From an uncultured Chloroflexia bacterium (GTDB taxonomy: Bacteria > Chloroflexota > UBA6077 > JACCZL01), in NCBI GenBank assembly GCA_963765765.1, contig CAVXYC010000001.1:1-64000 (forward strand): a DNA stretch of 64,000 nt, given 5' to 3'. Both the position numbers and the translations under genes were made by a program. Positions 63,608 through 64,000 of the stretch are shown here, piece after piece (within the stretch, counting starts at the first letter, position 1; each line of letters opens with the position of its first letter). The notes under the pieces were generated by a model. It was not told the origin of the DNA, made no database searches, and was given only the letters and a program-made list of their open reading frames with translations.

Positions 63608-64000
63608 ATGGACGCTCTGACAACAGCAAAATCGGTGGTCCAACGGGCAAAGGACGGAGACCCGGGGGCCCTGACGGGACTGTATGAGGAGCACGCTCCT
63701 CGGCTCTACCGATACTTTTTGCCAAGAGTCGACGGACGGTCGCAGCAAGCGGAGGACCTCACGGAGGAAGTCTTCGTCAGAATGATTGAGCGGCTCGAGC
63801 GCTATGAAGATCGAGGATTACCGTTCGGTGCCTGGCTATTCCGCATCGCACACAACCTCCTTATCGATCATCAGCGACGTCTGCCCAAGCAGCCTCTCGT
63901 CGCAATCGACGAGTGCGAGGAGCTTCGCGGTCCGGCGGAGAAGGAGATCCAGCAGGCGCTGGACCAGCACGAGATCGCCATTACCATGGCCCGGCTGACG
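63608..64000 (+). CDS. ECF sigma-70 factor (runs off the window end)
   Basis: Hand translation VQRAKDGDPGALTGLYEEH..AEDLTEEVF..PFGAWLFRIAHNLLIDHQRR; GGGGGAG RBS. Confidence 0.92.
   Translation, partial: MDALTTAKSVVQRAKDGDPGALTGLYEEHAPRLYRYFLPRVDGRSQQAEDLTEEVFVRMIERLERYEDRGLPFGAWLFRIAHNLLIDHQRRLPKQPLVAIDECEELRGPAEKEIQQALDQHEIAITMARLT

Overview
High-GC bacterial sequence whose gene content suggests Chloroflexota (inference: expanded ABC_sub_bind lipoproteins, Rieske/CoA-transferase/MaoC genes). Many conserved genes are split by 1-nt frameshifts, which most likely reflects long-read indel error. (1) 1-21.7 kb is a mosaic accessory region: four paralogous ABC substrate-binding lipoproteins, an SRAP peptidase, truncated gene fragments and duplicated intergenic blocks. 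It is punctuated by two families of 11-6-11 dif/att-like sites, and no recombinase is encoded in the window. Embedded at 4.7-9.0 kb is a B12/radical SAM gene with an in-frame UGA (WFC-U-AEP) and a SECIS-like hairpin, coupled to an ATP-grasp gene and facing an NfuA-like gene and DUF169. (2) 22-28 kb: GMC oxidoreductase, aldo-keto reductase and a GHL10 hydrolase. (3) 28-37 kb: small stress membrane proteins around a stressosome operon with a sensor-less RsbR, RsbS, two RsbT and an RsbX-like phosphatase, led by an RsbU_N-histidine kinase fusion. (4) 37-64 kb: metabolic genes, a SIR2 + HsdR block joined to a truncated LuxR-ATPase, REP-like doublets, an orphan FliM/FliN remnant, and a c-di-GMP-I riboswitch upstream of an ECF sigma factor. 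No rRNA, tRNA, CRISPR array or intact transposase/integrase was recognised.
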